A stretch of 64,000 nucleotides of DNA. It comes from Bacteroidota bacterium. GTDB lineage: Bacteria > Bacteroidota > Bacteroidia > Bacteroidales > FEN-979. This document shows positions 62,716 to 64,000 of this stretch, in pieces (position 1 is the stretch's first letter; each line of letters opens with the position of its first letter). The notes under the pieces were generated by a model that searched no databases, was not told the origin of the DNA, and saw nothing but the letters and a program-made list of their open reading frames with translations. Where the stretch lies: assembly GCA_026391775.1 (NCBI GenBank), contig JAPLDK010000007.1:1065-65064 (forward strand). Direction: 5' to 3'. The translations under genes were made by a program, and so were the position numbers.

Positions 62716-63468
62716 TTAATCTCTTAGGTCCTTACCTGTAAGATGCAGGAAAATGTTTTCAAGGTCCTTGAACTCCGGATGTTCTGCGACAAGTTCGTGT
62801 GGATTTCCCATGGAAATGACTCTGCCCCGGTCAATTATAGCAACGCGTGTGCAGAGTCTCTCTGCTTCCTCCATATAATGCGAGGTATAGATTACAGTAG
62901 TACCCTTCTGGTTTAGTTCTTTAAGATATTCCAGGATAACAACCCTTGACTGAACATCTATACCGACGGTGGGCTCATCCAGAAAAATCACTTTGGGGTC
63001 ATGCAACAGGCCTGCGATCAGGTTGATCCTGCGTTTAATTCCACCCGAACAGTTTGCTATTTTTTTATCTGCATGTTTTTCCAGTCCAAAAACAGCCATC
63101 CCTTCAGCAATTTTCTGCTTCAGGCTTGCGCCTTTGAGGCCGTACATATTGCCGAAGAAAGTGAGATTCTCCCAGGCTGTCAGGGTAGGATAGAGGGCGA
63201 CATCCTGAGGTACCACTCCGATGATTTTCTTTATTTCATTGAGGTTTGAATGAATATCCATACCGTCAATCCTTGCACTTCCCTTGGTGGCCCGAAAGAG
63301 GCCGCATAAAATAGAAATAGTGGTTGTTTTGCCGGCACCATTCGGACCAAGCAATCCGAAGATCTCCCCCTGAAAAATATCAAGAGAGATCCCTTTGATA
63401 GCGGGTTCTTCTGATCCTTTATAAACTTTAACCAGTTCCCTTATTTCTATAATGACCTTATCTGACAT
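62716..63468 (-). CDS. ABC transporter ATP-binding protein
   Basis: 250 aa. Walker A GLLGPNGAGKTTT, signature CSGGIKRRINLIAGL and Walker B VIFLDEPTVGID. Confidence 0.93.
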   Translation of the reverse strand: MSDKVIIEIRELVKVYKGSEEPAIKGISLDIFQGEIFGLLGPNGAGKTTTISILCGLFRATKGSARIDGMDIHSNLNEIKKIIGVVPQDVALYPTLTAWENLTFFGNMYGLKGASLKQKIAEGMAVFGLEKHADKKIANCSGGIKRRINLIAGLLHDPKVIFLDEPTVGIDVQSRVVILEYLKELNQKGTTVIYTSHYMEEAERLCTRVAIIDRGRVISMGNPHELVAEHPEFKDLENIFLHLTGKDLRD

Positions 63469-64000
63469 CAGATTTTAACTTTTCCAATTTGCTTGAATAC
63501 CTGCTCCTCCATCCCTGCGATTTCCATCATCATATCTCCCAATGTTCCATAATCCTCAACAGGCTGTGATGACCTGTTCTTGCAATTTCTGGCACCAAGG
63601 TAAGTAAATTCCCTCCATTTATTGGCTGTACGGCCCATAAGATCGGCAGCATCAAGAATCTCCTTATTGTTAAATGTCTCTCCACTTTCCTTGAGAAACG
63701 AACCAAAGATATATCGGAAACCTGCGCCGCCGGTACCAAAATCCTCAGCCATCCTCAGTATCTGCCCAAGGTAAAATGCTGCTTTCTGGTTGCCATGTTT
63801 TTTAGGCCACTTTTTGATATCCCTGGCCATCACACGCATTCCTTTAATCCCGATGAGCCAGAATGGAACCTTAGTCATTTCATATACGCTTTTTTTGATC
63901 CCCAACTGCACACCGGTCCGGATATCCAGTTCTTTTGGCACATTGTTAATCCAGTACATTTTCCCCTTTGGAGCGAAAGGCCCTTTGGCCCAGCGAACTC
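63468..64000 (-). CDS. BtrH_N/DUF4872-like protein, partial (5' end beyond the window end)
   Basis: The ORF-track M at 63959 is internal. The frame stays open to the window edge (hand translation ...VRWAKGPFAPKGKMYWINNVPKE). The region aligns by eye with the C-terminal half of 24125..25132 (GTGGAGFRYIFGSFL versus GTGGAGFRFMYATFL; LIGIKGMRVMARDIKKWP versus FLGIKGMKLFAKKITEWP). Confidence 0.65.
   Translation of the reverse strand, partial: VRWAKGPFAPKGKMYWINNVPKELDIRTGVQLGIKKSVYEMTKVPFWLIGIKGMRVMARDIKKWPKKHGNQKAAFYLGQILRMAEDFGTGGAGFRYIFGSFLKESGETFNNKEILDAADLMGRTANKWREFTYLGARNCKNRSSQPVEDYGTLGDMMMEIAGMEEQVFKQIGKVKI

Noticed and set aside
1-64000. Dozens of 60-185-aa ORFs in the track that overlap the long genes on the opposite strand or in other frames. 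Examples are 8094..8480, 23194..23577, 30866..31330, 42358..42831, 44054..44530, 47098..47655 and 52613..53014.
   Set aside because: All are nested in longer ORFs with strong family motifs. Their translations are low-complexity or Cys/Arg/Ser-rich in the way typical of shadow frames. None sits in an intergenic gap.
1-64000. CRISPR arrays, tRNA/rRNA genes, transposases, integrases and phage genes
   Set aside because: I looked for regularly spaced repeats, for cloverleaf-sized gaps and for DDE/tyrosine-recombinase-like ORFs and found none. The intergenic gaps, at most about 180 nt, are too short for such elements. The large cluster therefore shows no visible mobile-element borders within the window.
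20642-64000. Calling the cluster a flexirubin cluster
   Set aside because: The core resembles flexirubin and APE machinery. However, I see no tyrosine/histidine ammonia-lyase and no DarA, and the KAS III-like protein does not look like a canonical DarB/FabH. The product class cannot be assigned from sequence alone.

Overview
All calls were made by eye from the sequence and the supplied ORF translations. No searches were run, so every family name is a motif-level recognition, not a database hit.

The window looks like chromosomal DNA from a Bacteroidota-type organism. Support: TAnnTTTG -7 promoter motifs sit in nearly every intergenic gap. There is a CarboxypepD_reg-type TonB receptor. The gene content resembles flexirubin and aryl-polyene clusters.

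Coding density is very high and almost all genes are on the minus strand. I recognised no rRNA, tRNA, CRISPR array, transposase or integrase.

The window has three blocks:
- **1-9.7 kb: Wzx/Wzy-type exopolysaccharide or O-antigen locus.** It has two GT2 paralogues, a Wzy-like polymerase and a flippase. It also has a Wzc-like co-polymerase carrying an inserted LysM domain, a short TolC-like protein and a priming sugar transferase with an N-terminal pseudo-receiver. A canonical CheY follows.
- **9.8-20.5 kb: housekeeping genes.** These are uvrB, an EEP-family membrane protein, two tandem rhomboids, mutL and an orphan GroES-like gene. A multi-pass membrane protein, a YtcJ-like amidohydrolase, a PNPOx-like protein and a secreted protein complete the block.
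- **20.6 kb to the window end (at least 43 kb, truncated): one very compact biosynthetic cluster.** This is the main point of interest.

The cluster core is type II PKS/FAS machinery of the aryl-polyene/flexirubin kind:
- 4 KS with an active-site Cys, plus 1 KAS III-like enzyme
- 3 Cys-less CLF-like partners
- 3 ACPs and a divergent FabD-like acyltransferase
- a FabZ-like dehydratase and 2 hotdog thioesterases
- a LolA-like carrier and a lipoprotein
- MMPL exporter, PlsC acyltransferase and methyltransferase fused in one 1301-aa protein
- a GT2, an ABC-2 transporter and an O-methyltransferase

Several accessory genes do not belong to either known cluster type:
- four cobalamin-type radical SAM enzymes, one fused to a 3-hydroxyacyl-CoA dehydrogenase
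- a crotonase pair
- a CrtI-like oxidoreductase
- a CXXCH haem-binding protein
- a PaaK-like ligase and a sulfotransferase
- a C45 Ntn acyltransferase
- two BtrH_N/DUF4872 paralogues bracketing the cluster
- a TonB-dependent receptor

No SDR ketoreductase, tyrosine ammonia-lyase or DarA is visible in the window.
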